From Leptogorgia sarmentosa (taxonomy: Eukaryota), in the NCBI GenBank assembly GCA_964658305.1, contig OZ210885.1, forward strand, positions 19,530,001 through 19,594,000: a DNA stretch of 64,000 nt, written 5' to 3'. This document shows positions 13,091 to 26,274 of this stretch, in pieces (positions within the stretch are counted from its first letter, which is position 1; every line of letters begins with the position of its first letter). A program made the translations under genes and the position numbers. The notes under the pieces were generated by a model. It ran no database searches. It was given only the letters and a program-made list of their open reading frames with translations, and was not told the DNA's origin.

Positions 13091-14607
13091 TGTGCTGCGC
13101 AGTTAACAGTGAACATACAAACATTGAAATCTTCAAAGTTCTATATATTATCTTCAAATAAAGTAAATAAACGAGAGGATCGTCAATGCGTGTGAAAATT
13201 TATATAATTCAGAGGCAATAATTTTAATAAAATATTTGAATACATATAAAAATAATAAATAGCTTAATCGCAATATATAGTTATAACAAGAAGATCTGAA
13301 TACATACATAAATAGCATGATAAAATAGTGTTTGCTGTGTTTTAAAGAATATTTAAACATATATGAACTGCCTGGAAATATTATTTTCGTTCATTCCAAT
13401 AAATATATTGAATGATATACTCTACAGCCCCCAAGTAATCGTCATTCAACGTGTTTTTACGATCCTGCAAAAGCAAAAGAGTACAGTATAAGTGCTTTGG
13501 GAGGAACTTTATGAACTTGCATAAATATTTGAAATATATAGTAAGTCGCGAAGGGCTGTAATACGACGTACGACGCGGATAATTTTATCTCGGCTTTCGG
13601 CCAGGCCTTGTGCCGAATTTATAGCCGCGGCCAATTTTGGCTGGAATTGAATGCAAACATTATTTGTGTTCAGGATCCTTCGGAAGCATAATCTCAACAA
13701 TGTAATAGACCTTATTCTATAGCTATTAATATGTAAGTGGAGATTGCGATTGTGTAGACATAAGTTGTAAATCCAGCCTATTTTGGTATTTTTAGTGGAG
13801 CAAAGGGTGGAGCAAGGTGGTGTTACGGCCCACTGAGCACCCTTCACACCGACACACACCTAAAACCCTGGCCAGCCCAGACCATATCTTCCGAGTATAC
13901 ATAATACAACAAGAACAGTATAATTATACTTTATCAATTGGATTCCCATTACCTATATTTGCACGTATATCTAGATCTCCTGTCATGGGCAGGTTTAGCA
14001 GTCATCGTGGAAGGTAAAACCCACCTGGCACTAATACAGCCACAAATCTATAAGACAAGTAACTTCGGCACAAAAAACCAGTATATGGTATTTTGAAATA
14101 AAAAAATAAAAAATATGAGCGTAGGCCTTTAACTAACAAGTGGAATCTTACTGCACTGACGAAAATACGTTCTAAAGCAACGTTTAAATAGTAAATTAAT
14201 AATGATGAAGTTATGGATTTATTTATATTTATTTTAGTTTAATTTGTTATAATAAATTTGTGGCTGGGAAGTGTTTCTTTCAGAGTTAAAGGTTGTTCAC
14301 ATCACTGCTAGAGCTTAAATACGTCGTTTGAAACACATGGTTGGTAAGAAGCAGCCTAACACATTCATGTTATAATAGTCTTGGGTGGCTCGTTGGCCAA
14401 CAAAGCAGCATTGCTGTTCATGAGATTTACATTCTTTGATTTTTTTGTAAACTCGTATTGAATATGCGGGTTGAGAATTCTCGGAACGTGCAAACACGGT
14501 GCAGTCCGAATCTATCGACAGACAACAAACTCATCCCCATGCATTCGTTCCACAAGCATTCCTCGCGGTTGCAGCGTATAAAAGGCAATCATATGCGCCA
14601 TGAAGTC

Positions 14608-14771
14608 ATACTTACCTGATGCGAGAGGCACCTTGATCAACTAGGAGGTCCTCTCAGGATGAGGCCCTTTCATTGCACTTCGACTGGGTTGACTCCTGCG
14701 ATTACCCCTAATGTGGGTAACTCGATCGTATAATTTCTGGTAGTGAGGACCTGCGTTCGTGCTCGTCCCCT
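14608..14771 (+). ncRNA. U1: U1 spliceosomal snRNA (full length; variant or pseudogene)
   Basis: 5' ATACTTACCTG, stem-loop I loop GATCAACTAG, U1A loop CATTGCAC, stem-loop III, Sm site AATTTCTGG (14732-14740), terminal stem with TTCG loop; 164 nt. Confidence 0.95.
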
Positions 14772-15259
14772 TTATCCTCATCTTATTATTCTCATTTCCC
14801 ATACTTAAAACTGCCAATATAAGTGTCGTTGAGCATGCTAGTATATTGACGACACAACAATTCCATGTGTTCCTCACACTGGCGGCCGCATGTTTCACGA
14901 ACACGTGTAACTCAATACTACATCACGGTCATTCGAAACTAATATATAACCATGCAATCAATATTGGATTACTCACACCTTGTTGCATGCACGTCACATG
15001 GAATGAATGAATGAATGAGTCAATCGATACACACGCTGCCAACCGATCATGCATTTTATACTAGACTTATGTTAAACAACCATTTCCAATTCAAATGCAC
15101 TCGTCATTTCTCCAACCGAAGCGCAACCGGACAGAAACCGAATGCTTCGTTCAACTCAATGCATGTCGCTCATTTGCCATTCCCGAATCGGTTGCGGAGC
15201 CAGCGAATGGCAAAAAGCGCCACATGCACCCGCCAAAAAATCGCCAGAAATTCGTGGAG

Positions 15260-15617
15260 AAATCGCATGCGTCGCGAGAAGTTTCGCCGTGCACTCGATG
15301 ACCTCTGCAATGACCTTGACAGAATCAGCAACTCTCTCCTCGCTCCCTGGCAAAAACTGTGGACGCCTTTCGAACTTTTGTGCAGCCTTGCCTGACATTC
15401 GCTCTCCGTGCCGGCGAACCACAAAAAGCGTCCCTATCCAAGTACAGAAGGAAACTCATTGAAGTCGTTCGCTCCATCTGCCATCTACCTCTCCGTGCCA
15501 CAACCCATATCATCTTTGCCTCAACAAAAGCAGGTAGCCTCGGCTTTCAAGACCCGCATGATGAAGTGGACGTTTAAACGGTGGTCCAAGCAATCAAAAT
15601 GCTTTCCTCTGTTCTGA
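15260..15617 (+). mobile_element. Fragment of an R2-group (NeSL/Utopia-like) non-LTR retrotransposon, post-RT region
   Basis: Across a frameshift: 'LDRISNSLLAPWQKL/DAFRTFVQPCLTFALR...ICHLPLRATTHIIFAS..GSLG'. Confidence 0.65.
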
Positions 15618-16054
15618 ACGCACGCTATGTGACAAGCTCCGCCGTTTTATGCATTTTACACCTCGAATATTGGTTGGTTGACGGTGAATAATATATCAAA
15701 AGATAGCTAAGGCTCTCCTGCATCGATTGGTGTATATTTCATCGACGACGGTCGAGAAGTTCGTATGTTACGAGGCGAAACGGGTCGGCAGCGAGTAGGT
15801 TTGTATACGGGTATCGAATTACACGTCGACAGCCAGCTTTGCGCCGTTGTTTCAGCACGATCCGCGGTTCAATCTCGACCTAGTACGCATCGTTGGAATC
15901 GGGAGCAAATTCCCTATCGAACGGTGGTATTTTCGGCGAGAACAGAGCAGCCTTCGCGAAGTTACGACCGATTATCAATTCGTAGCGCAGTATATGACGT
16001 CAGGTTTTATATTTACATGTATTCATCGCAAACGTCTGCCTAAGAATTATAGAT

Positions 16055-17224
16055 ATGGTGAGACAGAGGTCTCTAGAACTATCGCTGGAGGGATTACCGA
16101 CTGACGCCACCGTAGGTGGCCCAGTCGCCCTACGGCTCGCAATTTTCAACAGTCTACAGGATGCCGGAATTGGAACAGAAATGATCAAAGGGATAGAATG
16201 TTACAGTAAAACGATGTGGTACATTGTATTCAACAAACGCGCCAGCAGACAGAAATACCGGGAACAAAAGATTACACTGTTCGAGAAACAATTTGAACTA
16301 ACAGCAAATGACTACCGACCATCCAGACCGACGTACATCTTCGTACGCGCCTACGGCTACCCACTGGACGCGGACCGCGAAACCCTAATACAAACTCTGG
16401 GGTTATATGGCAACCTCCTCGAAGTCGTGGACGACATTGACGGGCAAATGGGCATCAAGACTGGTGTACGACATGCCAGATTCAGCAAACTGAACAAGAA
16501 CATTCCCTCATTTATCTACGCGGGCAAGTATCAAGTGAGAACGAGCTACCGCAACCAACCGCAAACATGTCACAACTGCCACCAAACAGGACACAACACG
16601 AAAGACTGCACGGCAGGGAAAGTGTGCAAGCAGTGCGGAAAACCTGGGCACACGAAATGCGACTGCCCAGAGCGCCGCTGTTTTTACTGCAAAGGGAAAG
16701 GCCACGAGCTTTTCCACTGCGATAAGTACGCGCAGGAATTTCCCGGCCTGGCAAACACCCAAGACGAAAGCAACGGCACGTCAGCAAATACAGCCGACCG
16801 CGAAACGAGCTCCCAAACGCAAAACGACCCCCAGACGCTAACACCCAACACCACACCTGCTGCAGAAACCGAGGGCCCCACCACGACGCAAAACCCGGCT
16901 CCAACGGAAATGGAGGTAGCCGACGCCAACGGCCCCTACAGCACAGAGGAGAAGGCCTCACCATTACCACCCCAGGAGAACCAGACCACCACGACCAGCG
17001 CCCAGGACTCCCCCACAGACACCGGGTCAACGGTCGAAGGCGATCCGCCGACAGAAATCCCCATGAACGAGGAACACAACCCACCAACCTTCCCACCACC
17101 GGGAGCCTCAGGCCCCTGGGGGGGGGGCAGCGAATACACTGAATGGAACTGGCATGACACCATAGAAATACATAGAAAGCATGATTTAAAAGAGCCAAAC
17201 GTATCTTGCCTAGTTGTCAAATAA
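16055..17224 (+). CDS. Tx1/L1-clade ORF1 (RRM-like region, tandem CCHC zinc knuckles, low-complexity tail); ORF2 absent
   Basis: 'YGYPLDAD...LGLYG...KTGVR...IPSFIY...YRNQPQTCHNCHQTGHNTKDC...CKQCGKPGHTKCDC...CFYCKGKGHELFHC'; C-terminus probably truncated near 17160. Confidence 0.82.
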   Translation: MVRQRSLELSLEGLPTDATVGGPVALRLAIFNSLQDAGIGTEMIKGIECYSKTMWYIVFNKRASRQKYREQKITLFEKQFELTANDYRPSRPTYIFVRAYGYPLDADRETLIQTLGLYGNLLEVVDDIDGQMGIKTGVRHARFSKLNKNIPSFIYAGKYQVRTSYRNQPQTCHNCHQTGHNTKDCTAGKVCKQCGKPGHTKCDCPERRCFYCKGKGHELFHCDKYAQEFPGLANTQDESNGTSANTADRETSSQTQNDPQTLTPNTTPAAETEGPTTTQNPAPTEMEVADANGPYSTEEKASPLPPQENQTTTTSAQDSPTDTGSTVEGDPPTEIPMNEEHNPPTFPPPGASGPWGGGSEYTEWNWHDTIEIHRKHDLKEPNVSCLVVK

Positions 17225-18928
17225 TCATTGAATTTTTTTTTGAGATTTTCTTCTATTTTATGAATATCCTTTGAAAACGTTATTGCGCAAAGACACTTGT
17301 CATATCTTATCTATTTATGTACTTTATGAATGATTCAGTATAACACCACATCATGTAGACTTACCAGCGTTGGCAGGTGGAGAAAGTCGAGAAACAGTGT
17401 TTTTTTTCAAATGTTTCTGAGTTTGGTAGAAAAAGTTTGGTTTTCCGGGAAACAAACTCTGTTTTTGCAATAAGAGCCAGTATTTCTAGATGTGGGATGC
17501 AAGGAAGCATAAGAGCATTTGAACAAATATTGAAAATCTCCTTGATTTTGTACATACATAAATGCAACTACAACTACACAAAAATGGCTACCCTTTGAAT
17601 TCAAGTGCTAGTGCTGCATTCTGTGTTATTTCAGCTGAACAAATTCAATTAATGTGCAATGCAAGAACAAAAATTCACTGCTTTCTCATTTTAAGCTCAT
17701 TAATAGGGAGTTTTCCAATTAATAAGTAAAAATAAATTTTAAAATTCACTTCAATTTTCGTTTCTTTTAATTGTAAAATCGGGGAAAACCACTGCGATGT
17801 ACTAAGATAATATAACAGCTCAGTGGAAAAAAATAAGGGAAAACCCACAGGGGAAACCCATTTGTCTTGTGCGCCTGCGCAGTGCAAATTTAGCAGACGT
17901 GCGCATGCGTATTTGCTACCAAAACAATGGTGGTTTGAATATTTCAAAGCGCGGAATTAGCAAACTTTGGGAGCATTTTTCTCCCAATTGTGCACCTGTT
18001 TTGTTTGGGGAGCAACGGATTCTGATAAAGTAAGTTTTTATCTATTCATTCATGTGAAAATTATGTAGTTCCACGAGGGGTGCAATGGAATTCGTTTTCT
18101 AAGCATCTTTTGCCCGCTCATCCCACGGCCTATATATAGCAAGGGCATCCCATCAGCATTATGTGTGAATTTTTATTATGTGCGAATTAGTTTCTGAACA
18201 CTAATTAACATTATTTCACTTTCATTGAACCTTATATAGAATATAAAAACTTGTAAATAATTTACCTTTAACCTTTCCTACTTCCTTTATTAGTCAAACG
18301 CTTTGTAATACCAGATGGTCATACAAATAAAGCATTTATTATTATTAAAAAAAAGAACCCTGGCATTTGGACAGAATTTATAAAGATGACTATAATAAGT
18401 TACTTTAATGAATGAAGTATGATTTATCAAAAGCATTAGCTATTATATATAATTTTTCAAAACATTAGCTCTTAGTTGTCTTAATTAAATTGCTAGCATA
18501 CAGTACTTGAATTGTACTAAACCCCCCAAATTTGTGTCAGAGCATGTTGGAAATGGAATTTGTTGGCCTTTCAGTTTGCCTAAAATCACTGGTAATTGAA
18601 CAGTAAGACACCAATGAGCAGCAACAGTTCTAGTTTCCATACCAAAATGACACAAAGAGATTTGACATTTCAAGTAATAAAGACAAGGCCTTCACTCAGT
18701 ATCATCCAGGTAGTGACAGCCTGTGGGAAACTGTTGCCACTTGTTGATGTTGATACACTGGCTGGGTTGGCACTAGATCATGGTTAATGTACGTACATAA
18801 TCGCGACTGCTGTACATTGGGGTCAGCGGTGTGTTGCAAGAACAATTATAGTCAAATAGCGTGCGGTTGTGCGGGAATATTTAAATGCCAATTGCCAAGC
18901 ACGCGAAAATCGATTATAGAGATGCAAA

Positions 18929-21900
18929 ATGGCTTCTTTACAGTTGGATAACGAAAACGTTGTAGTTTGTGCTAGCAGGGAAGAAATGCTAGAAAGTTTT
19001 GAAGAATATAAGAGAGATACCCAAAGCGGATGGAGATGCATCAACTCGAGCGCACTGTTCGGTAGGTTTTGCCGTTTTAGTGTACAATACATAATTTATA
19101 TATAGTTATGAATATGTAAATTGTGCAGAATAACATTATAAATTCATATATTCACAAGCGGTCAATTGTCTTTTCCCACACAAATAACAAGAAAGCCCTG
19201 ACTATAACATTCACATTATCTCAACCCACGAATGGACGGCATATTGCGGTACAAGCTAGAATTTATAGAGTCAATAATAGTGCAACAATGCTCTGCCAAT
19301 GATCTGGATAACAGTGGTAAATTCTTTTTGATACAAAATTCACAAGAAAATTTTGACTCATTTATTATCTAACATTGTGGATGTATTAAGACCTTCAACA
19401 GGTTAGTGTTACAATTATGTACCACCAGTGTAGTAGAACTAAATTTACCAGAGAAGGGGCTTTCTTGATGAGTGTGAAGCTGTGAAATGGTTGAATGCTC
19501 TGCCCCATCCCACTTCTAAAGTACTTCCCCTCTTTTTGCAAAAAAAACTTCAATGGACCAAAATTCGTGCTACATCAAGTTTCTATTTTATGCATTTAAT
19601 TTAGGGAAAACATTTAAAGAAGTTATGGAGCTCAAAAAAGGTGTAGCAAGGATTCAATGGAGTGTAGTAAATCCTAGTGGTATATCAATTCCATTTGATG
19701 GGGTACCTTTTATGTGTGTTGGTACAGTTATTTACCAGTGTCACCAAGGTGATGATATTGATGCAAAAACAAAACAAAGACGACAAGAAGAACGAGATAA
19801 GAAAGAGGTGAAATCTATTTTGAATTGAAATTTATTCTTTCAAAATGATATGGCAAAGTGAAGAATACATGACTTAATTTCTTCATGTGTTTTCTTAGAA
19901 TCATGACCATAGTTTTAGAAAAAGAAGGAAACATATAAAACCAACAAAAAAACTTGGCTGCCCTAGCAAAATCACAATGTCAAGAGTTTTAAAGTTTCCC
20001 AAATATAAGGTTTGTGTATGTATGTTACATATATCCAGAAAATTGCTGGAGTATTATACATTTTTACCACATATAACTGTAACCCCTAAAGTTCCTTTCT
20101 GAATTTCTTATCAGAGAAAAAATGCCTATGCTATATAAAAGCATTTTTAAATGTTTGAACACCTTTATTTAAACAACAATTGCACAGAAAATACATTATA
20201 TTTACTGTACTGTGTTATTTTACTCTATTTGGTACTTTATGAATTGTAATCATCATCAAGAAAAACTGGGATCAATATGAAATGAAATGATATTGTGCTA
20301 GGTTGATGTTGGGCCAAATGGAGAAAAACCAGACAGGAAAATGAGAACAGCTGCTGCATTATTGAAAGAGGGCCTGAAAGCAGGAAAGGAACTATTAGTT
20401 ATTGATGAGTTTTGCATTAAGTTTCCAGAAGTGACTAGTCACCAGTTTCACACAACAGAAGCCGAGGTATAGGTAACATATTCATGATTGGTACTAATTG
20501 ATTTTCAGGGCTGTTAGGATTGCCCTAAATTATACACACATTGTACACAGGTTTTTCATATCAAAAGGATAGATGATAAACTTCATGTAATCTTGCTATT
20601 GGTTGGTTCTGCTTGCTAATAGTTCATCTTTACTATACCCTATACCCTCTACCAGCAAATTTAATTTTGTTTTGTTCAAAAAAAAACAGTTATCCCTACG
20701 TAATTTATATACATACGATTGATACGAATCACCCGAAAGGCCGATGGAGGAACATCGTCCTACATAGACACGTACCCGCACCTCAAACACACCTGCTAGA
20801 TAGTTTATGCCCTTGCCTTTTTAGGCAGCTGGTTTGAGAGAGCCTATCGATCCACGCATTGTTGCAAAAATTAGAGAGATGGGCGTGATGGGCGTGCGTA
20901 GTACGGCAGAAGTTCGACGTCACCTGAGAACCCATGTACAGAATGACCTGTTCCATGGGGAAAACCTCCCATCCCAATTTAGCAGACGCTACTACCCTAC
21001 TGATGGTGACATTCGAAATATATTGTACGCATCCCGAATTGGTAACCGAAAGGCCCCGGACGATCAGATCAATCTCCAAATTAAATGCAAAGAGTCGAAA
21101 GAATTAAATGCGGAAGACTTCATTTTCTACCGGGTACGCAAGCGTTGATTTCAACCCAACCCTTTAACCACTCGATAAAGTGTAGAAGCGGTGTCCGTAG
21201 CTGAAAATATAAGTCCAATCTAGTAAGAAGTATCGTGTGAAACACACACAAATTAGCTACCAAATGATTAATGTTTTTATTTACTTTCAAGCCATCAACA
21301 GAGGAAGGGGAAGCGAAATTCTTATTTGTCTATCAATCCGAATGGATGAAACGCTTGCTTCTTTTATATGGTCAAGAAATGTGCTTAATGGACGCCACAT
21401 ACAGGATGTGCAGGTACAACTGATGGAATTTGAATGGAAAGTAGATTTAATTATTAGGTCATGTGCCATAACGAACATGCATATATGCCTATTGGTTTTT
21501 GCATCTTTCATTTTGTTTGATTTCAACCCATATAGATACGCGCTGCCACTTTTCTTTTTATGTGTACGCTCCAATGTCGGTTACATTGTTGTCGCGGTTT
21601 TCATTCCCGAAAATGAAGATGCAGATTCCATATCTGAAGTTTTAAAGATACTGCAAAAAGAAAACCCAGCTTGGCATCCGAAAAATATGATGGTTGACTT
21701 TTCTTTGGCAGAAATAGCAGCCATCGACGAATGTTTTCCACGTAAGTAGCACAGGTAGAAAGAGCGACTTGCAGTTAGGAAAACTGCGAAGATTGATTGA
21801 AAAGTGTTTTAAAATTCCAGAAATATAGCCCTTGAAGTTAGCAAATTTGTATACTTTTGCATTAAATATAGAGTGTATTTTTTTTCAATTCCCAGGAACG

Positions 21901-24326
21901 CACATTCACGTTTGCGATTTTCATCGAGAAAAAGCGTGGAATGGTACGTAAAACAACCTTGTTAACCGACTCAATTGTGTACAGAAAGTGGAGCAAAATA
22001 TTTTAGAAAACATGGACACGGTGTTAAACTAAAATGTTAGTAATGTTACATGTCTCCCCATGACTTTGTAATCCAAGACTGGGTTTTATTTTTCAGGTAA
22101 CAGATAACCGAGACAAAGTGTTGCAATACCTGCGAAACATTGCAAGGAGTGCGAATAAAATTCAACTCGACCACAATATTGCTATACTAAAACACAGTAA
22201 AGTTTGGAAGGCATCAGTGCAACTGCAAAAATATTTCGATGGGTTTTGGGGCTTGCACCTAGAGGTACAGTTTTCTTATCATTTAAATGCATGAACACAT
22301 GTTGTGAGTAAACGTTTATTAAAAAGTAACAAGACTTACAGTACTATCACTTTCTACAGAAATGGGTTCATTTTTACTGTGACGAGTCTTTGCGGGTTGC
22401 GATATACACCAATAATGGAATTGAAAGGCAAAACAATTGGCTGAAGCAATCATACCTTGACGGGCGGAGAAATAATTCCATAAGTGATCTGGGGGAAATA
22501 ATAGTAAACCAGTTTTTACCTGATAGCTACAAAAAGTGCGTATCTATATAATCTATATAATATTTGGTTTGTGGCTTTGGAACATGCGTGATTTTGACGC
22601 CCGTACAGTAGGATTTCAAACAGGTTTATACGGAAGAATGGCATTTGTTATGTTGTTATCCATGTTTTTTTCAATTGTCAATTCTGTTTTATTTTTTGTT
22701 TTTGGAAGGTACAAGGAACACAACATCAAATCAACGAACGCCTACAGAAGCTATGATAGCCGCATACCCAACAATCTTCATAACCGGCCCAAAGGCATTG
22801 TGGAACATATAATGAAGAGGAATGCCACTGACATCGAAAATTTGAACATCTCCCGATCGACGCCAATGCTTTTTAATGTAAGGAGTGGTACACAGTTTTA
22901 TCAAGTATGGCTAGGCTCTGATAACCAGTTACTGACTTGTCAGTGTATAGACTACAGAACCAACAGACTGCCTTGCAAACATATATGTGCTGTCGTTCGA
23001 CAACCAGGAGTAGGATGGGAATCTTTGGGATCAAGATTTAACACTCATCCTTTATTCATATTGGATCAGGTGGTCATCAATTCCCCAAACATGTCAAATT
23101 CTACCGTTGTTCCTAACCACACCTCTTGGCCGACATCACATTCAAAACCAGACGAAAGTGAAACAAACGAAGCAGTACGCAATTCATCCATGGAAGAAAG
23201 TCCTTTGCAAAAGAGCAAGCCTGTTACAGTAGGCCTACCATGCAGAACAAAATCCAACGTAAGGAGACAGTGCATTCAAGAGGTAAAGTCCCTTCTTGAT
23301 GAGCTGTACGTAATTACAGATGAAGATGTATTGAATGAGACCCTTAAAAAAGTCCGAGACGTCCTTCCATACACGAGGAAACATCATCCAAAAGAAAATG
23401 GAATTTCTTTGAAAGACAAATCGTTGTTACCCAAAAAGGTGAAAGCGAAAGATTTAAAAATTCGCAAATTGGCGAAGAGAAAGACAAAGAAGGAGTATTT
23501 TAGAAAAAGAGTTGGATCTGTAGCAGAGTCCCGGAATGCGACAATGAGTTCTACGCCGCAACATCCTGGCTATCGTAACAAAAAGAAGCGCAAAGGATCC
23601 AAAACAGAGAACAAAGAAGGTCATAGTCCTCAAGATGTATGGGTGATTATTAATGGAATTAAGTTAACGTATGAATTGCAAGACATCCTACTCAGCAAAT
23701 ATGGATGGTTGACTGATGACCACATTGATGCTGCCCAACATCTCATTAAACAGCTAAACACTAAGGTTGGTGGTCTCAACTGCGTTGCAGCGACGACACA
23801 TTGTAGTAGATTTGCTGTTCCGCATAGTGTCAACAAAACCATCCAGTGCCATAACATCGGTTTGCATTGGGTAACATCAAGCTCCACCTCTGGTAAGGTT
23901 GTCGTGTATGAGAGTTTGTACAGGATAGTGAATGATTCTCTGAAGCGGCAATTAGTCTCCATTTACAAAGGGCTGTGTAATGATGACGGTTCCCTTGATA
24001 TCACAGTCATTCTACAACAACATCAAAGAGGAACCTCTGACTGTGGTCTTTTCTGTATTGCCAATGCCACAGCATTAGCTAATGGAGTTGATCCATCTAC
24101 ACTAACATGGGAGCAAGATAAAATGCGAGACCACTTGGATAGATGCTTTTTACAAAACAGAATTGAAATGTTCCCAAATGAAATAAAGGAAACACCATGC
24201 AGTAGATCTGAATATGTTGTCAGCATTTATTGCACCTGTTTAAGGCATATCCCTGTTGCACCGATGGTTCACTGCAGTGTCTGCGACATTAACCACAGAA
24301 TTGCCATTTGTCTGCATTTACTGTGA
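18929..24326 (+). pseudogene. Multi-exon MULE transposase: CARF(ALS2CR8)-like N-terminus, DDE core, SWIM finger, Ulp1-like protease, truncated PHD
   Basis: ATG at 18929; 'IPFDGVPF..QCHQG', 'KKLGCPSKI', 'LMDATY', 'MVDFS', 'CDFHREKAW', 'TNNGIERQN', SWIM 'CQCIDY..LPCKH', protease 'HWV..VYESL..QHQRGTSDCGLF', 'YCTC...MVHCSVC'. Confidence 0.85.
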
Positions 24327-24377
24327 AAGAAAATAGCTCAACCTGTTACAACCTATGAAAGAATTTAGTTCACTCAC

Positions 24378-24549
24378 AATATGTCAGTGACCAATATATA
24401 GGTAGTAGATAACAACATCAACAAGCAGCAAAAGTTCTACTCACTACCTAAACGATACAATAAGATTCAAACTTCAATATGTGGTCAGTGTAGGTAGCGG
24501 ATAACAACATATTCAACAAGCAGCAAGAGTTCTACTCACTACCTAAACG
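24378..24549 (+). repeat. Two tandem copies of a short SINE-like module (TAGGTAG...CTCACTACCTAAACG), also at about 9980-10118 and 43422-43490
   Basis: Shared motifs GTAGGTAGCGG, CTCACTACCTAAACG and GATACAATAAGATTCAA at three loci. Confidence 0.55.
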
Positions 24550-26274
24550 GTATGTGTTATGCTAATGTTACAATACATAGTTAACTTAGTACTAGATATT
24601 ATATAATAACTCATTGGTGATGCGAATGAATGAGTGAATGAATGAATGATTGTAAATATATTTTTTGTAAATAATTTATATGTATATGTATAGGATAGAT
24701 GTTTATACATATATATTGTAGACATTGTAAATGCATAGATAAATGTGTACTAGTAGTATGATAATAATAGCAAGTAACAAAATTATTATTTTCTTGACAA
24801 AAATATTAAATTGAATAGCACATCAAAATAACTTCTTTGAAATTTCTAGCTTGTTACCTAGTCAGTAAATTGTGCAATGCAGAGTGTAAACTTGACTGAT
24901 TTGGGGACATATCCATTTGAGGATGGAATAGCAGGATTTTGGTTAACAGAATGAAATTTCTTTCCAAAGCTCTTACTTTTACCCAGAGTTTATTGCTAAA
25001 TTTTGGTCTAGGTCCATGTGCATGAGCAAAGTGCATATACTGTGTGAGTCTGGTTGTACCATATTGTCAGATGATAATGGTATCATTCATTTGCATGACT
25101 TCCTAAACTGATAAAGTTTATCTTTTAAGACTTAATCATTTCATAAACTGATTAGTCAAGATGTTTTACTACCCTGTGTAGCCTTTGTATAATAAGCAAC
25201 ATTTCTCATACACATCATTAATACAGGCAATATTGATTTGAATTAATTTGTCTAGAATTAAGTAAAAATTTTTAATTTCAAAACATGATACTAATTGTTA
25301 AATATTATTACTTACTTAACACTTACCACTAGACACTAATTCAATACACAATATTTTCGCACCATGATGACCAGATGTAATGATGTAATTAGAATGAACA
25401 GGTAGTTTGTGAGTTTTTAATTCACTAACATAGTCGTTATATGACGCTTCTAGTTTGAAGAACACCGCTGACGTGAATGTACAGCAGTCGCGGATATGTA
25501 CGTATGTTAACCATGATCTAGTGCCGACCCACTGGCTGCATATCCATAATAGTATGGCAGATGTATGTATGTATGTACGTATGTGCGTATGTATGTATGT
25601 TCATCATCATCATTGAATCAATCTGCACTAAAGTTAAAAAATTGTTTTCAGTATTTATAGTGTCATTTTTTATTTTCATAATCAATGCTAGCACTTTATT
25701 CCTTTAAACACAGAAAACAAACTGTAGTTTTAGTTGTAGCTGTATTTTTACAAGTTTACAAAGAATTCCTAGTGTACTGGAACTTTAATGACATAACTTA
25801 GTCTTTTGGAATATTTTGTGTTGCCAGAATGTGAAATCAAATGCATGCAGCAGAATTAAGTCATATAGGTAGGTAGAAAACAAATAATCTACATCAAAAG
25901 AATGCACTGTATTGATGTGATACTTCAGGAAAGAAATTGTCTTTTCATATATGTACAGGCAGCACGAACTTACTATCAGCAAACTGATATAGTACAAAAC
26001 ATTACTGAAACAAACAGTACTGAACATTGAAAAGCAAAAGAATAATGAAACATACAATACCTGATGGTATATATGAATTGCTTGATGGTTTATCATCTTG
26101 CTGTGACGACAATCTATTCCCTGTGAGAAGAAATAATCAGGGCTTTAGTATAGTACTTTATGTATTCTAGGTTTAAGGAATGTCAGTTGAATGTTATACC
26201 AACTTTTTATCATGTATGAATAAAGACAAATATGTTAGACTGAGACAAATATTTATATGACTAGTAAACTAACT

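Larger units (their letters stand above)
18765..25529 (+). mobile_element. Complete Mutator-like element (MULE) with TIRs and 9-bp TSD
   Basis: TIRs of about 55 bp: GGTTGGCACTAGATCATGGTTAA...CTGCTGTACATT and its reverse complement at about 25476-25529; TSD CACTGGCTG at 18756-18764 and 25530-25538. Confidence 0.95.

Noticed and set aside
15640..15740. Histone-type promoter (two ATTGG boxes) as the Tx1 target
   Set aside because: No histone coding sequence nearby and the motifs are too short to support it.
13500..16000. U2 snRNA target remnant beside the Utopia-like fragment
   Set aside because: No U2-like sequence recognised on either strand.
25561..25612. (TATG)n and (CAT)n tracts
   Set aside because: Ordinary microsatellites.
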